From an uncultured bacterium (GTDB lineage: Bacteria; Auribacterota; JACPWU01), in the NCBI GenBank assembly GCA_964640155.1, contig CAZXEQ010000006.1, positions 1-8,912 of the forward strand: a DNA stretch of 8,912 nucleotides, given 5' to 3'. The notes under the pieces are model-generated. The model was not told where the DNA came from, made no database searches, and was given only the letters and a program-made list of their open reading frames with translations. The first letter of the stretch is position 1. Each line of letters opens with the position of its first letter. This document shows, piece after piece, positions 8,201 to 8,912 of this stretch. Made by a program: the position numbers and the translations under genes.

Positions 8201-8290
8201 GTCTCTTCTTTCCCCAATAATTCTCTTGGATTTATAGGTCCCTACGAAAGCGGCAATTGCAGTATTGACAATCTCACAATATCTGAATAG
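2114..8290 (+). CDS. Giant (2058 aa) secreted multidomain protein: beta-helix, SGNH esterase, Ig/TIG spacers, TSP3-like repeats, four LamG/ConA-like modules and a He_PIG domain
   Basis: A single uninterrupted ORF with an SD, an N-terminal signal peptide and recognisable domain motifs along its whole length. It ends at TAG 8288-8290. I see no C-terminal LPXTG, PEP-CTERM, T9SS-type CTD or autotransporter barrel. Confidence 0.95.
   Translation: [2058 protein letters not shown]
2264..3547 (+). other. Right-handed parallel beta-helix domain (pectate-lyase-fold; glycan lyase/hydrolase-like)
   Basis: Successive coil motifs: [114 protein letters not shown]. The typical C-terminal cap [11 protein letters not shown] is also present. 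Several Cys pairs fit an extracytoplasmic location. Confidence 0.75.
3710..4006 (+). other. Ig-like beta-sandwich domain, copy 1 (residues 533-631)
   Basis: [51 protein letters not shown]...[22 protein letters not shown] is homologous to 5360..5653 and 30..320. Confidence 0.5.
4022..4255 (+). other. IPT/TIG domain, copy 1 (residues 637-714)
   Basis: [78 protein letters not shown] follows the classic P.I.SFSP..G..G..V.I.G.NF.....V.F.G......V.S...I...VP.GA..G.I.V....G pattern. Confidence 0.75.
4286..5089 (+). other. SGNH/GDSL hydrolase (esterase/deacetylase-type) domain
   Basis: Block I is [10 protein letters not shown] (Ser762, nt 4397-4399). Block III is IIMYGTNDL (Asn862, nt 4697-4699). 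Block V is SEDQVHPN (Asp945, nt 4946-4948; His948, nt 4955-4957). All catalytic residues are intact. Confidence 0.8.
5123..5356 (+). other. IPT/TIG domain, copy 2 (residues 1004-1081)
   Basis: [78 protein letters not shown] has the same length (78 aa) as copy 1. The two copies share a 20-nt identical DNA stretch, ATCACAGGAACAAATTTTAC, at 4079-4098 and 5180-5199. Confidence 0.75.
5360..5653 (+). other. Ig-like beta-sandwich domain, copy 2 (residues 1083-1180)
   Basis: [51 protein letters not shown]...[22 protein letters not shown]. Confidence 0.5.
5654..5791 (+). other. Thrombospondin type-3-like Ca-binding repeats
   Basis: [46 protein letters not shown] contains two DxDxDG loops, each followed by an acidic helix and GT(D/N)P. 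Confidence 0.7.
5807..6334 (+). repeat. LamG/ConA-like jelly-roll module M1 (residues 1232-1407)
   Basis: [17 protein letters not shown]...[37 protein letters not shown]...[38 protein letters not shown]...TYDNFIIY. Trp1305 of WGG is at nt 6026. Confidence 0.55.
6350..6874 (+). repeat. LamG/ConA-like jelly-roll module M2 (residues 1413-1587)
   Basis: [17 protein letters not shown]...[37 protein letters not shown]...[38 protein letters not shown]...LYDNF. The WGG Trp is at nt 6575. Confidence 0.55.
6902..7162 (+). other. He_PIG / dystroglycan-type cadherin-like Ig domain (residues 1597-1683)
   Basis: [87 protein letters not shown]. Confidence 0.65.
7196..7729 (+). repeat. LamG/ConA-like jelly-roll module M3 (residues 1695-1872)
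   Basis: [16 protein letters not shown]...[38 protein letters not shown]...[38 protein letters not shown]...NIDNILIK. The WGG Trp is at nt 7418. Confidence 0.55.
7763..8287 (+). repeat. LamG/ConA-like jelly-roll module M4 (residues 1884-2058, C-terminus of the protein)
   Basis: [17 protein letters not shown]...[38 protein letters not shown]...[38 protein letters not shown]...SIDNLTISE. The WGG Trp is at nt 7973. By eye it is closest to copy U1 of gene 1. Confidence 0.55.
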
Positions 8291-8335
8291 ATAGCTTTTT
8301 CGTCTTTTTTTTGTTAAAATTACTTTAGTATTAGG

Positions 8336-8368
8336 CAAACAATAAGCATTAGATCTAATGCTTGTTTG
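8336..8368 (+). other. Intergenic stem-loop (possible weak terminator or RNA processing/stability element)
   Basis: An 8-bp stem pairs 8344-8351 (AAGCATTA) with 8356-8363 (TAATGCTT) around a GATC loop. A 5-bp extension pairs 8336-8340 (CAAAC) with 8364-8368 (GTTTG) across a 3-nt bulge. No U-tract follows (GCCAGAAAGG). Confidence 0.35.
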
Positions 8369-8386
8369 GCCAGAAAGGCTTCAAAG

Positions 8387-8912
8387 ATGGAATGGTTGAA
8401 GCGAATTTTATCTTTTTTTAGAAACAAATCTCCAGTCCCCACTATTTTTTTTAATAATTTTTACATAAAAGTTCATTGTCTCTCTAAAATTTTATTTATT
8501 AGTTTTATTTTTTATCTTTTCCTTAAAATTTCTTCTAATACTGAAGCAGCCACATGCACCTGGAATGCTTCGTCTAATGGAGACTGGTCTTCGGCAGCTA
8601 ATTGGTCTAATTGTGAAGGACAAGCTCCTCAGTCAGGAGATAGCGTTATTTTTGATGGGACTTCAACAAGCAATACAAATATTGATGCAAGTGCTGTAGG
8701 CACAGTATCTAATTTCACCATTCAGGCAGCTTATTCAGGAACTATTAGTCTTTCCAGAACATTAACCGTTAATGGTACCTTTACCCAAAATGGTGGCATA
8801 TTTACAATGAATGCCAATACTGTGACTTTCAACTCTACTTTAGATATTCAATCAGGTACTTTTAATTTATCTTCTGCAACTACTACCTTCAATGGCTATG
8901 CTCTTTTTAATG
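8387..8912 (+). CDS. 5' part of a secreted beta-strand-repeat (PATR/beta-helix-like) protein; 3' end outside the window
   Basis: This ORF is not in the supplied track because it has no stop in the window. I translated it by hand and found 175 codons without a stop from ATG 8387, which is preceded by AAAGG at 8374-8378. The upstream in-frame stop is TAA 8315-8317. Translation: MEWLKRILSFFRNKSPVPTIFFNNFYIKVHCLSK-ILFISFIFYLFL-KISSNTEA|ATCTWNASSNGDWSSAANWSNCEGQAPQSGDSVIFDGTSTSNTNIDASAVGTVSNFTIQ..., followed by repeated (T)F(T/N)xxGG/SGTF units. The W..G.W....NW......P...D.V.F opening is typical of autotransporter-associated beta-strand repeat proteins. Confidence 0.8.
   Translation, partial: MEWLKRILSFFRNKSPVPTIFFNNFYIKVHCLSKILFISFIFYLFLKISSNTEAATCTWNASSNGDWSSAANWSNCEGQAPQSGDSVIFDGTSTSNTNIDASAVGTVSNFTIQAAYSGTISLSRTLTVNGTFTQNGGIFTMNANTVTFNSTLDIQSGTFNLSSATTTFNGYALFN

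Noticed and set aside
3710-8287. Periodic repeats as a CRISPR array, tandem DNA satellite or DGR template/variable-region pair
   Set aside because: The repeat units are 230-550 nt, in frame and diverged at the DNA level (the longest identical stretch I saw is 20 nt). They translate into coherent protein domains. No spacer/repeat architecture, no near-identical TR/VR pair with A-specific differences, and no reverse transcriptase is present in the window.
2114-8290. Abundant N-x-S/T sequons (for example NFT, NGT, NST in both TIG domains, and D-x-N-x-S/T at DSNCS and DVNFS) as evidence for N-glycosylation
   Set aside because: The proteins are extremely rich in Asn, Ser and Thr, so sequons are expected by composition alone. 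No glycosyltransferase gene is in the window. This is not testable from the sequence.
8291-8312. T-rich tract (CTTTTTCGTCTTTTTTTT) right after the giant-gene stop as an intrinsic terminator
   Set aside because: No GC-rich hairpin precedes it. The best pairing is a 4-bp ATCT/AGAT stem at 8281-8292.

Overview
Visibly AT-rich bacterial window with three same-strand (+) genes for large secreted, Ser/Thr/Asn/Gly-rich, repeat-built proteins. I see no rRNA, tRNA, CRISPR array, transposase or integrase. All domain names come from motif recognition by eye; no database search was possible.

(1) 1..1793 is the 3' end of a gene that enters from the left edge. The M at nt 36 in the ORF track is an internal TTG, and the frame stays open back to nt 3.

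(2) 2114..8290 encodes a 2058-aa protein. Its order is: Sec signal peptide, right-handed beta-helix domain, Ig-like domain, IPT/TIG, SGNH(GDSL) esterase, IPT/TIG, Ig-like domain, thrombospondin-type-3-like Ca-binding repeats, two LamG/ConA-like modules, a He_PIG/cadherin-like Ig domain, and two more LamG/ConA-like modules.

(3) 8387..>8912 is an ORF missing from the supplied track because it has no stop inside the window. It encodes a signal peptide followed by beta-strand repeats of the autotransporter-associated (PATR-like) kind.

Gene 1 is a clear paralog of the central part of gene 2, with the same domain order. It ends right after the He_PIG domain.

The 320-nt spacer between genes 1 and 2 holds a textbook intrinsic terminator, a near-consensus sigma70-type promoter, and a roughly 95-nt GC-enriched leader. 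The leader folds on paper into a closed two-hairpin junction, plus a 6-bp pairing that would cover the nucleotides between the Shine-Dalgarno sequence and the start codon.

The points most worth follow-up are the six copies of a roughly 175-aa jelly-roll module with a very conserved, unfamiliar signature; the mirrored Ig/TIG/SGNH/TIG/Ig arrangement; and the candidate cis-regulatory leader RNA. The source lineage cannot be resolved from the sequence.
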